A stretch of 10,954 nt of DNA, taken from assembly GCA_964411615.1 (NCBI GenBank), contig CAYPLO010000034.1, forward strand, positions 4,184 to 15,137, given 5' to 3'. The notes beneath the pieces are model-generated. The model was not told where the DNA came from and made no database searches. It saw nothing but the letters and a program-made list of their open reading frames with translations. A program made the translations under genes and the position numbers. Positions 1 to 8,158 of the stretch are shown here, one piece after another. Position 1 is the stretch's first letter, and every line of letters starts with the position of its first letter. This DNA comes from an uncultured Aquificales bacterium. GTDB taxonomy: Bacteria > Thermosulfidibacterota > Thermosulfidibacteria > Thermosulfidibacterales > Thermosulfidibacteraceae.

Positions 1-171
1 TCGGGGATAAGGGCCCTTGGCAAAGTTGTTGACTGTCAGGGACAGGGGCAGGAGTATACGGTCAGGGTTGCCTTTGAGTTCATCAAGGAGGACGACAGGG
101 AAGACCTCATCAAGTTCGTCTTCATAAAGCAAAGAGAACTTCTCGCCAGAAGGTCCTTGGGAAGGAGCTGA
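1..171 (+). CDS. PilZ domain-containing protein (c-di-GMP receptor / flagellar brake-like), 5'-truncated by the window edge
   Basis: Frame 1 is open from base 1 to TGA 169-171: SGIRALGKVVDCQGQGQEYTVRVAFEFIKEDDREDLIKFVFIKQRELLARRSLGRS*. The G-x-VV strand, V-x-F strand and closing helix DRE-x-LIKFVF-x2-QRE match PilZ C-termini. The stop overlaps the next ATG (TGATG). Confidence 0.75.
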   Translation, partial: SGIRALGKVVDCQGQGQEYTVRVAFEFIKEDDREDLIKFVFIKQRELLARRSLGRS

Positions 172-602
172 TGCTAACCAAGCTCCTCTGGATTTTCCAG
201 ATAGTCTTTGACGCCGTAGTCATAATTCTACTCTTTCTGCTCGTATCTAGGCGCAGGGTTGAAAGAGAAGACATAGAAAGGGTCCTCGGAGCAGAGGAGA
301 GGCTGAAGGTGTTGGTTGAGGATAAGGTGAGGGAGATGGAAGGTGCCTGTGAGATGGTAGCCTACGAGAAGGAAAGGGCGATAAAAGAGATAGAGAAGAA
401 GTCCCTTGAGATAGAGAAGAAGCTCAAGATGATAACAGACACACTCTTCAGAAAAGAGAAGGAGAAGAAGCAGAAACGGGAGCTTGTTAGGCACATGCTC
501 AGTATGGGAAAATCGCCTGCAGAGGTAGCATCGGAGCTTGGGATTCCGGTAAGTGAGGTGAAGCTTATAGCAGAGCTGCTGTCCAAGGATAGGGAAGGCT
601 AA
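171..602 (+). CDS. DUF2802/DUF6115-like protein: N-terminal TM anchor, coiled coil, C-terminal HTH-like motif
   Basis: 143 aa. Hydrophobic N-terminus followed by RRR, a K/E-rich coiled coil, and C-terminal VRHMLSMGKSPAEVASELGIPVSEVKLIAEL typical of the family often found at the end of flagellar/chemotaxis operons. SD AAGGAG at 162-167; coupled to the upstream stop. Confidence 0.7.
   Translation: MLTKLLWIFQIVFDAVVIILLFLLVSRRRVEREDIERVLGAEERLKVLVEDKVREMEGACEMVAYEKERAIKEIEKKSLEIEKKLKMITDTLFRKEKEKKQKRELVRHMLSMGKSPAEVASELGIPVSEVKLIAELLSKDREG
387..422 (+). repeat. 15-bp direct repeat GAGATAGAGAAGAAG x2 (21-bp period) encoding EIEKK heptads
   Basis: Copies at 387-401 and 408-422, inside the coiled-coil coding region. 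Confidence 0.7.
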
Positions 603-1003
603 AGGGCCTTCCTTATCCTCTCGGCGTACTCTTCCATCTCCTTTCCTTCGTACTTAAGCTTCCTCCATCCGAACTTCATACCATCATCTTTGAACCTGGG
701 TATGATATGCACATGAACATGAAAGACCTCCTGTCCCGATACTGGCCCCACGTTGTTTATGATGTTGAGTCCATCGGCGCTAAGCCCCTCTTTAACCGCC
801 TTTGCCACCATATTAACCCTTCTGAAAAGCTCAGCGGCCTCATCGGGGGTCAGGTCCAGGAAGGTCTCGGCGTGCTTCTTTGGAATAACCAGAACGTGCC
901 CCTTGTTAACGGGCCCTATATCCATGAAGGCCATGAACCCTTCGTCCTCATAGACCTTAACGGAAGGTATCTCACCGGACACTATCTTACAGAAGATGCA
1001 CAT
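599..1003 (-). CDS. hit: HIT family (histidine triad) nucleotide hydrolase, Hint-like
   Basis: 134 aa. N-terminal CIFCKI, GHVLVIPKKH, and GQEVFHVHVHIIPR (HxHxHxx triad). SD GGAGGT on the minus strand at 1014-1009. Confidence 0.95.
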   Translation of the reverse strand: MCIFCKIVSGEIPSVKVYEDEGFMAFMDIGPVNKGHVLVIPKKHAETFLDLTPDEAAELFRRVNMVAKAVKEGLSADGLNIINNVGPVSGQEVFHVHVHIIPRFKDDGMKFGWRKLKYEGKEMEEYAERIRKAL

Positions 1004-1017
1004 AACCCACCTCCACG

Positions 1018-1073
1018 TTGCGATTCAGCTTTCTTTACAATATAAATTTAGACGGAACAACCAGAGAAGACAA
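1018..1073. promoter_or_regulatory. Putative overlapping divergent sigma70-type promoters
   Basis: Plus strand: TTGCGA (1018-1023)-17 bp-TATAAA (1041-1046). Minus strand: TTGTCT (1073-1068)-17 bp-TAAATT (1050-1045). Lies in the 89-bp gap between divergent genes. Confidence 0.55.
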
Positions 1074-1092
1074 CACAGGAGGAGGTAAAGCC

Positions 1093-1785
1093 ATGGCGAA
1101 GCTGACATTTTTAGGGCACGCATGCTGGCTGATTGAAAGCGAAAGTGGCAAGGTGATTATCGACCCCTTCCTCACAGGTAATCCACAGGCCACAGCCAAA
1201 CCCGAGGATATAACCGTTGATGCCATACTGGTGACCCACGGCCACGGAGACCACCTGGGAGATGCGGTGGATATAGCCAGACGCTGCAACGCAGTGATAG
1301 TGGCCCCCTTTGAGCTGGCCAACTTCTGCGCCTCCAAGGGTGCTAATATCCACCCCATGCACATAGGAGGCTCCAAGGAGTTCCCCTTCGGGTGGGTGAA
1401 GCTGGTCCCCGCATCCCACGGCTCCGCCTACGTTGGAGACAACGGCAACGTGGTCTACACCGGCAACCCCTGTGGCTTCCTCTACAGAACCGAAGGAAAG
1501 CTCATATACCACGCCGGTGATACCGGACTCATAGCCGACATGGAGCTCATAGGCAGGCGTTATCAGGTGGATGTTGCCCTCCTCCCCATAGGCGACAACT
1601 TCACCATGGGTCCCGAGGATGCCCTTGAGGCGGTTAAGATGATAAAGCCCAAGGTGGTTATCCCCATGCACTACAACACCTGGGACCTCATAGCCCAGGA
1701 CCCCAACAGGTTCTGCGAAATGGTGAAGAAGGAGACCTCCTCTGAATGCGTGGTGGTGCCCCCCGGAGAGAGCTATGAGATTTAG
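1093..1785 (+). CDS. Metal-dependent hydrolase, metallo-beta-lactamase fold (UPF0173/YtkL-like)
   Basis: 230 aa from ATG 1093 (SD GGAGGT 1081-1086). Motifs LGHA, IDPF, THGHGDH (HxHxDH), YHAGDTG, LPIGDNFTMGP, IPMHYNT. Confidence 0.93.
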   Translation: MAKLTFLGHACWLIESESGKVIIDPFLTGNPQATAKPEDITVDAILVTHGHGDHLGDAVDIARRCNAVIVAPFELANFCASKGANIHPMHIGGSKEFPFGWVKLVPASHGSAYVGDNGNVVYTGNPCGFLYRTEGKLIYHAGDTGLIADMELIGRRYQVDVALLPIGDNFTMGPEDALEAVKMIKPKVVIPMHYNTWDLIAQDPNRFCEMVKKETSSECVVVPPGESYEI

Positions 1786-2359
1786 CCGTTTCGCACTTCT
1801 TCTTATTTTTACCCTTCTGGGATGTCAGGTTCTGAAGCAGGCGGTGGCTCCGAGGGCCACCGCCTACGACCTCATGGTCAAGCCCTGGCACAGATACGGG
1901 GTGATTAAGGAAGATGTGACGGATATGCTCGCCTCCGCCGATGTGGTCTTCATGTCCTGTGAGCTGAGAAAGATGATGGTGGAGTATAAAAAGACCGTTG
2001 GACTGGTCACCCCCGCCGAGGCGGAGGAGCTCTACAGGCGGGAGGAGTCAACCTGCAGGGCCTATTACGACTTTCTCGTTGCCCTCTACACAAAGAAGAC
2101 TGACTGGAACAACCTGGACCAGGAGAATCCCTTCTTCAGAGTGTTTCTCAAGGCAGAAGATACGGTCAGGAAGCCCCAGCTGGTGAAGGCTGTTGAGCTT
2201 AAGGACGACGAGATATCAACCTTCTACCCCTTTGTTGAGCCGTGGATGAAGGTTTACCTTGTGAGGTTCGGCAGGGCCGGTCTTGAAGACGCCAAGGAGC
2301 TGACCCTTGAGCTTGTGAGCCTCAGCGGGAGGATATCCCTCACTTGGAGACTTCAATAA
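1775..2359 (+). CDS. Hypothetical lipoprotein
   Basis: 194 aa. Signal peptide MRFSRFALLLIFT plus lipobox LLGC (Cys17). Overlaps both neighbours; host-like codon usage. Confidence 0.78.
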   Translation: MRFSRFALLLIFTLLGCQVLKQAVAPRATAYDLMVKPWHRYGVIKEDVTDMLASADVVFMSCELRKMMVEYKKTVGLVTPAEAEELYRREESTCRAYYDFLVALYTKKTDWNNLDQENPFFRVFLKAEDTVRKPQLVKAVELKDDEISTFYPFVEPWMKVYLVRFGRAGLEDAKELTLELVSLSGRISLTWRLQ

Positions 2360-3156
2360 GGCTCGTATGCCTTGACCTTGACGGTGTTATGTACAGAGGG
2401 GATGTCCCCATCCCCGGTGCATCCTGGTTCGTCAACAAGCTCATAGAACACAAGATAAACTACATCTTCGTCACAAACAGCACCCTAAGAACCAGAGACT
2501 ACTACGCCAGGAAGCTGAACTCCATGGGAATACCCGCCCAGGAAGAGATAATCATAACCGCGGCTCATGCCACCTACAGGTATCTGCTGCACAGGGAGAG
2601 GCTCAAGCCTTTCAAGGTGTTTATGCTGGCAGAGGATGGGCTGAAGAAGGAACTATCCTCCCTCAACTGCACTTTCCTGAACGAGTGGGATACGGATGTT
2701 TCAGATTACGTTGTGGTGGCCCTTGACAGAAATATAACCTACCAGAAGCTCTGCAAGGCGGTGAGGGACCTGCTTAGCGGTGCAAGGTTCATAGGGGTGA
2801 ACAACGACGGGCTGTGGCCCGTTGAAGACGGATTCATGCCCGGTGTGGGAGCCTTTGTGGCGGCACTGAGGGCCGCTACAGGAAAGAGACCCTACATAGT
2901 GGGAAAGCCCAACACCTTTATGCTGAAACTCGCCATGGAGAAGGCCGATGTGCCCAGGGAGAATGTGCTCATGGTGGGTGATAAACTGGACAGCGACATC
3001 CTCATGGGAAACAGGGCCAAGGTGAGGACTGCCCTTGTGCTCACAGGGGTAACGGCCAAGGAGGAGGCTTTGAAGGCCACCGGTATGCTGAAGCCAGACA
3101 TCGTCGCAGAGGACCTGTTTCACCTCTGGCGCTTAATCATGACAAAGGTGGTATAG
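2344..3156 (+). CDS. HAD-superfamily subfamily IIA hydrolase (NagD-like phosphatase)
   Basis: 270 aa, TTG start, GGAGG at 2328-2332. Motif I DLDGV, motif II VTN, motif III GKP, motif IV GDKLDSDI, and LVLTGVT. Confidence 0.92.
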   Translation: METSIRLVCLDLDGVMYRGDVPIPGASWFVNKLIEHKINYIFVTNSTLRTRDYYARKLNSMGIPAQEEIIITAAHATYRYLLHRERLKPFKVFMLAEDGLKKELSSLNCTFLNEWDTDVSDYVVVALDRNITYQKLCKAVRDLLSGARFIGVNNDGLWPVEDGFMPGVGAFVAALRAATGKRPYIVGKPNTFMLKLAMEKADVPRENVLMVGDKLDSDILMGNRAKVRTALVLTGVTAKEEALKATGMLKPDIVAEDLFHLWRLIMTKVV

Positions 3157-3716
3157 TCTTCAAGCCACCTGTTCTTCACAAGCTCAAATCCCACTTTTTT
3201 GTAAAGCTCCACAATCTCCTGGTTGTCCTCCCACAGTACTCCAGACCCTATGAGGAAGGCTCCGGGACTGGCCATATCGTAGAGGGTGTATGCTATAGCT
3301 CTGAGTACCTCAGGGTATATGTTTGCAAGTATAACGTCATACCCTACCCTGAGATGCTCAGGAAGCATATCCACCGTGCCGAGAACCGTTGTGAGCCTAT
3401 CCTCCACCTTGTTCAAAGCCGCGTTTTTGCGGGTGGTCTCCACCGCCTCCCTGGCTATATCCACACACACCGCCTCAGATGCCCCCAGCTTCAGTGCCGC
3501 AACGGCCAGTATCCCTGTGCCACACCCCACATCAAGCACCCTCTTCCCTGTAAGCTCAATCTGCTCAAGCTCCTCCAGACAGCTGAGGGTGGTCTCGTGC
3601 TCCCCGGAACCGAAGGCACCTCTGGCAATAACAAGGTCCACCCTGTTAGAAGGCCCAGCCTTCATGCCCGGCCTCACTATCCTGAGCTTCTCGCCCACCA
3701 GTATCTCCCTGTCCAT
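3120..3716 (-). CDS. prmA: PrmA-like (ribosomal protein L11) SAM-dependent methyltransferase, short form with catalytic domain only
   Basis: 198 aa. AFGSGEHETT (PrmA signature AFGTGxHxTT), motif I VLDVGCGTGIL, VDI, YDVILANI, SG. SD AGGAGG on the minus strand at 3727-3722. Confidence 0.8.
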   Translation of the reverse strand: MDREILVGEKLRIVRPGMKAGPSNRVDLVIARGAFGSGEHETTLSCLEELEQIELTGKRVLDVGCGTGILAVAALKLGASEAVCVDIAREAVETTRKNAALNKVEDRLTTVLGTVDMLPEHLRVGYDVILANIYPEVLRAIAYTLYDMASPGAFLIGSGVLWEDNQEIVELYKKVGFELVKNRWLEDYTTFVMIKRQR

Positions 3717-3745
3717 GGCCCCCTCCTAAAAGTCCGAATCACAGC

Positions 3746-3776
3746 TTGCCTTTTTCCTCCATAAAGGGCAAATTTA
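3746..3776. promoter_or_regulatory. Putative promoter(s) between divergent prmA-like gene and era
   Basis: Plus strand: TTGCCT (3746-3751)-17 bp-CAAATT (3769-3774). Minus strand has a -10-like TAAATT (3776-3771) with no convincing -35. Confidence 0.4.
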
Positions 3777-3803
3777 ACCAGAAACTCCTCTCGGAGGAAC
3801 CCT

Positions 3804-4718
3804 TTGTTTGAAGTGCCAGAGGGATACAGGGCAGGTTTTGTCTCGCTCATAGGAAGGCCCAACGTGGGTAAGTCAAGCCTTCTCAACGCAATCCTCGGCC
3901 ACAAGGTGGCCATAGTCTCAGACAAGCCCCAGACCACCAGAAACAGGATACTTGGAGTAAAACACCTCCCCAAGGGGCAGATAGTCTTCCTTGACACTCC
4001 AGGGATACACAAGCCCAAGCACAAGCTCAACGAGTACATGGTTGAGGTGGCGGTGAGAGCCCTAAAGGACGTTGATGTGGTGGTGCTTGTGGTTGATGTG
4101 AAGGAGGGGCTGACGGAAGAGGATAGCATGGTCGTAGAGCATCTACAGGAGATACAGGACAAAAAGCCCATAGTCTGTGCCCTTAACAAGGTGGACCTCA
4201 CCAGTGAGGAGAGGGCATTTGCGGTGAAGGCTCAGATAGAGCAGGGGCTAAGGCTTGAGGAGGCCATCCCCACGTCTGCCGTTACAGGCAAAGGGCTGAG
4301 CGAGCTGATTGACGCTATATACAGGCTCCTTCCCGAGGGTATGCCCTACTATCCGCCGGATATGGTAACGGACCAGCCGGAGTACTTCATGGTGGCGGAA
4401 ATCATCAGGGAGAAGGTGTTTAACCTCACCAGGCAGGAGATTCCCTACTGCACGGCGGTGATGGTTGAGAGCATAAAGGAGAAAGGGGATGTGGTAGTTA
4501 TAGACGCCTACATATTCGTTGAGAAGGACTCACAGAAGGGCATCATCATAGGCAAAGGCGGAAGTATGCTGAAAAAGATAGGCAGTTACGCCAGGGAGGA
4601 GCTTGAAGCCATCTACGGTAAGAAGGTCTATCTGAACCTGTGGGTGAAGGTGAAGGAGAAATGGAGACGCAAAAGCGGGAGCCTGAGAGAACTGGGGTAC
4701 TACCTGAAGAAGGAGTAG
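3804..4718 (+). CDS. era: GTPase Era
   Basis: 304 aa, TTG start, GGAGG 3793-3797. G1 GRPNVGKS, G2 PQTTR, G3 DTPG, G4 NKVD, G5 SA, and KH domain [11 protein letters not shown]...[11 protein letters not shown]. Confidence 0.98.
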   Translation: MFEVPEGYRAGFVSLIGRPNVGKSSLLNAILGHKVAIVSDKPQTTRNRILGVKHLPKGQIVFLDTPGIHKPKHKLNEYMVEVAVRALKDVDVVVLVVDVKEGLTEEDSMVVEHLQEIQDKKPIVCALNKVDLTSEERAFAVKAQIEQGLRLEEAIPTSAVTGKGLSELIDAIYRLLPEGMPYYPPDMVTDQPEYFMVAEIIREKVFNLTRQEIPYCTAVMVESIKEKGDVVVIDAYIFVEKDSQKGIIIGKGGSMLKKIGSYAREELEAIYGKKVYLNLWVKVKEKWRRKSGSLRELGYYLKKE

Positions 4719-6070
4719 GAAGGGCACCATCAAGCAAAGAGATAGTGGTGGCCACCGTGAGGAGATTTCTGCGCAAAGGTGCCCATACGCATCTTGCCAG
4801 GCTCCTTGAGAAGCTCCATCCCGCAGATGTGGCTTATGTGCTCAAAAACCTCAGCAAGGAGGAGAGGAAGCAGCTCATAAAGTCCATTCCGCCGGAGAAG
4901 ATGGCGGATGTGCTTCCCAAGCTGGACTCCCTCACCTTCACCGAAGTGGTGGAGAACTTCAAGGTTGAGGAGCTTGTCACCTTTATAAGCTACATGCCCT
5001 CAGACCAGGCGGTGCTCTTCATAGACGCCCTGCCCAAGGATTTGAAGGAGAAACTCATCCCCATACTTGAGGAGAAGAGCCCCCATGTGTGGCGCCTCCT
5101 CCAGTACAGGGAGGAGACCGCCGGAAGGATTATGACCACCGACTTCCTGGCCCTCCACGAAGACATCACCGTTGAAGAGGCCATAAGGAGGGTGAGGGAG
5201 GCCAGCAAAAAGGAGGTATTTTATCTCTACGTTGTGGACTCCAGGGGACATCTGGTGGGGGTGGTGTCCCTGAGACAGCTACTGCTATCGGACCCCTCAA
5301 GCAGGCTTAAGGAGATAATGAACCCCGATGTTATCTACGTTACGGTGGACACAGACCAGGAAGAGGTGGCCAGGATTGTGAGAAGATACGACCTTCTGGC
5401 CATTCCCGTTGTGGACCATGATAAGAGGCTTGTGGGGGTGGTCACCGCAGACGATGTGATAGACATAATCGTGGAAGAGGCAACGGAAGACATCTACAAG
5501 ATGGTGGGAACCACCGACGAGGAGCTGTGGGAGAAGTCACTGCTGAGAATAGCCTTCTACAGACTCCCCTGGCTCAGCTTCAGCCTCATAGGAGAGCTCA
5601 TCTCCGGATACATAATACACTTCTACAACAACACCATAAGGGAGTTCGTCTCCGTCTCCTTCTTCATACCCTTAGTGATGGCCCTTGCAGGAAACGTGGG
5701 CAATCAATCCCAGACTATAGTGGTGAGGTCCCTGGCCACAGGTCGCATAGACGCTGAAAGGCCATGGAAGGTGGTCTTGAGGCAGGTGGGTGTTGGCTTT
5801 ATCATGGGTATCATAGCCGGGATAGTGGCGGCACTGGCCATATACATCCTCCAGAAAGACCACATACTGAGCCTGGTGATAGGGCTTTCTCTGGTATCGT
5901 CCATGGTGATAACCTGTGTAGTTGGAGCACTAACTCCACTGCTCTTCAAGAAGCTCAACATAGACCCTGCACTGCCATCGGGACCCTTCATCACCACCTT
6001 CAGCGACATACTGGCCAACTTCATATACCTCAGCCTTGCAACCATTCTGCTTTTAGAACTCAAGGGATGA
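4661..6070 (+). CDS. mgtE: Magnesium transporter MgtE (start uncertain: GTG 4640, ATG 4661 or GTG 4745/4748)
   Basis: N-domain [18 protein letters not shown], tandem CBS domains (LYVVD...[20 protein letters not shown]...[11 protein letters not shown]), RLPWL, GNVGNQS, and [15 protein letters not shown] carrying the pore Asp; five TM helices. Confidence 0.95.
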   Translation: METQKREPERTGVLPEEGVGRAPSSKEIVVATVRRFLRKGAHTHLARLLEKLHPADVAYVLKNLSKEERKQLIKSIPPEKMADVLPKLDSLTFTEVVENFKVEELVTFISYMPSDQAVLFIDALPKDLKEKLIPILEEKSPHVWRLLQYREETAGRIMTTDFLALHEDITVEEAIRRVREASKKEVFYLYVVDSRGHLVGVVSLRQLLLSDPSSRLKEIMNPDVIYVTVDTDQEEVARIVRRYDLLAIPVVDHDKRLVGVVTADDVIDIIVEEATEDIYKMVGTTDEELWEKSLLRIAFYRLPWLSFSLIGELISGYIIHFYNNTIREFVSVSFFIPLVMALAGNVGNQSQTIVVRSLATGRIDAERPWKVVLRQVGVGFIMGIIAGIVAALAIYILQKDHILSLVIGLSLVSSMVITCVVGALTPLLFKKLNIDPALPSGPFITTFSDILANFIYLSLATILLLELKG

Positions 6071-7392
6071 GAAAAGATAAGGTCAAGGAGAAGGTATTAA
6101 GTCTCCACCAGTGGGTGTGGAAGGACGAGGATGCCAGTTCTATAACAAGTACCCTTAGAAGCTTTCTCCGCATGTGCTACTTCTTCTACCACGAAGTAAG
6201 AAGGAACGCCTTAACATTACGGGCAAGCGCCCTCACCTACATCACTGTGCTATCCCTGGTTCCCCTCATAGCGGTTGGCACCGCCGTTTTGAAGGGTCTT
6301 GGAGCAGGGGAACAGGCCAAAAAGACAGTGTATCAGCTCATACAGCAGCTGGACGAGATGACAGCCCCCACGGCGGCAAGAAAAAGGGAGGGGCTTCAAA
6401 GTCCTTTTACCAGGCATCTCAAGGAGGCGGTGGACAAGATATTTGAATACGTGGAGAGGACCAACTTCGCCACCTTGGGGGTCATAGGTGTTCTCGGTCT
6501 CATATGGGCTGTTGTTTCAACGCTAACAAAGATAGAGCAGGCCCTGAACCAGATATGGCAGGTGAAGAAGACCCGAAGTCTGGGGCGAAGAATTCTGGAC
6601 TACACAGCCCTAACCGTCATCATGCCCATATCTATAAACCTGGTGTGGGGAACCTTAGCCGCATCCCACATAAAGCAGGTGCTGAGGGCAGCCGACAGGT
6701 TCCTGCACTTCCCCTTCTTCACATCCGCCTTCGCCGTTGTTCTTCCCCTTCTGATTCTGGTGGGAACCTTCACTGTATTCTACAGGTTCCTTCCGAACAC
6801 CCATGTGAAGTCATCGGCTGCACTGTTCGGAGGCCTGGTGGGGGGAACGGGATGGCTACTGGTCCAGCTTGCCTACATAAAGCTACAGATAGGCATAGCC
6901 CGCTACAACGCCATATACGGCTCCTTCGCAACCATACCCCTGTTTCTCATATGGGTGTACTGGGGATGGCTGGCCTTCCTGTGCGGTGCACAGGCATCCT
7001 ATGCCTTTCAGAACTGGCGTGGGTACTATCCGGGTGTTGACGCAACCTGCGCCGTGAAGCTGGCAACGGCCCTGGACCTCATCATACAGTGCTACCATGC
7101 CTTTGAAAGGGGAAAAGGAGTCAACTGCTGGGAGGTGGCACTATTGACGGGAAGGCCCGAATCCATGGTGCAGGAGGTGGCGGAGGTTCTGAAAGAAGGA
7201 GGGATACTGAAGAGGACAGACGAGGGAGAATACATGCCCTCCACCCCGTTAAGCATATTCAGACCATCAAAGGTGCTGTCCGCCGTATTGGGAGAGATTC
7301 CAGGAAGGACCAAGGGAGAGTCCCTTACAAAAGTTGCTATTGAGAGGGCAGGTAAGGCCATAGACGAAAAAGGGTTGATGGACAATGTTTGA
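6067..7392 (+). CDS. YihY/virulence factor BrkB family inner-membrane protein with C-terminal winged-helix (Rrf2-like) extension
   Basis: 441 aa from ATG 6067 (ATGA overlap with the mgtE stop). Motifs ASALTYITVLSLVP, IEQALNQIW, YRFLPN, YNAIYGSFATIPLFLIWVYWGW. Confidence 0.9.
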   Translation: MRKDKVKEKVLSLHQWVWKDEDASSITSTLRSFLRMCYFFYHEVRRNALTLRASALTYITVLSLVPLIAVGTAVLKGLGAGEQAKKTVYQLIQQLDEMTAPTAARKREGLQSPFTRHLKEAVDKIFEYVERTNFATLGVIGVLGLIWAVVSTLTKIEQALNQIWQVKKTRSLGRRILDYTALTVIMPISINLVWGTLAASHIKQVLRAADRFLHFPFFTSAFAVVLPLLILVGTFTVFYRFLPNTHVKSSAALFGGLVGGTGWLLVQLAYIKLQIGIARYNAIYGSFATIPLFLIWVYWGWLAFLCGAQASYAFQNWRGYYPGVDATCAVKLATALDLIIQCYHAFERGKGVNCWEVALLTGRPESMVQEVAEVLKEGGILKRTDEGEYMPSTPLSIFRPSKVLSAVLGEIPGRTKGESLTKVAIERAGKAIDEKGLMDNV

Positions 7393-8158
7393 GTTATTTA
7401 TGGCTCTAATAACGGCGAATCAAAGGCTCAACCTGATGATATTCCTCTGGTTTCTCTCCACATCAACAACCTTTGCCATGCCGGTTATAGGGAGCTCAGG
7501 CGTCGTGACGGGATACATCCTGGCCATACTCATGGCCGCCGTAATCATGGTGGTGGCGGAAGAGAAGGAACCTGCAAAGATAAAAGAGCGTCTCTCCTCC
7601 ATGTCCATATGGGAGATTCTCTCGAAGCCAAGCAAAATGGCGGTGCTGGGAGCCTATGTGGGGATGGTTATAAACACAATGGTCATAGGCATATCATCGG
7701 TGGTATTCTTCGCCCTCAGCACCCTGCCCGTTCTATCCTTTGCCGCATTCAACCCTGAAAAGTGGAAACAGGTCATGGGCACGGGATACACCCTTATATA
7801 CCTCTTTCTAATGCTGGGAATCACCTTGTATATAGCCTTTAACTTCATCTTCACCTGTTCCGTAGCCATGACAAAGGGTTTTACTGAAAAAGATTTCTCG
7901 CGGGCCCTGGTGGAGTCTCTGAAGGGGCTAACTCCCAGGTATTTTCTGCTATCCCTGAAGCCCGGCCTCTTCAAACCATCTCTGGTCCTAACGCTGATAG
8001 CTGTGGCGGGAGCCATGGTGGCACTGGTAATGGCGGTTCTTATGGGTATAGCAGGGCTCCCCATCGCCTCTGCCTTTGGAGCCTTCTTGGGAGTGGTTCT
8101 TTTTCACGCAAACATAGCCTTCCACTATCGGTGCCTCCAGATAATGGGGCTTATCTGA
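7385..8158 (+). CDS. Hypothetical polytopic membrane protein (~6 TM)
   Basis: 257 aa ORF with several long hydrophobic segments. Overlaps the upstream stop by 8 bp and fills the gap to the next intergenic region. No family motif recognised with confidence. Confidence 0.7.
   Translation: MFELFMALITANQRLNLMIFLWFLSTSTTFAMPVIGSSGVVTGYILAILMAAVIMVVAEEKEPAKIKERLSSMSIWEILSKPSKMAVLGAYVGMVINTMVIGISSVVFFALSTLPVLSFAAFNPEKWKQVMGTGYTLIYLFLMLGITLYIAFNFIFTCSVAMTKGFTEKDFSRALVESLKGLTPRYFLLSLKPGLFKPSLVLTLIAVAGAMVALVMAVLMGIAGLPIASAFGAFLGVVLFHANIAFHYRCLQIMGLI

Noticed and set aside
380..480. Purine-rich GAGAAGAAG repeats as a possible CRISPR or VNTR
   Set aside because: Explained by Lys/Glu codons of a coiled coil; no repeat-spacer structure.
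1018..1092. 25-aa N-terminal extension of the MBL hydrolase from TTG 1018
   Set aside because: It spans the promoter region; ATG 1093 has a perfect SD and matches the family N-terminus.
3739..3762. Minus-strand mini-[10 protein letters not shown] upstream of the prmA-like gene
   Set aside because: Seven codons, no SD and no regulatory codon pattern; expected by chance.
3677..4201. 174-aa minus-strand ORF as the missing PrmA N-terminus via frameshift
   Set aside because: It is the antisense shadow of era, Ser/Thr-rich, with no PrmA-like sequence; the short gene has its own SD.
5764..6066. 101-aa N-terminal extension of the YihY ORF in the ORF track
   Set aside because: It lies wholly within mgtE in another frame and is not protein-like; ATG 6067 gives a classic ATGA coupling.
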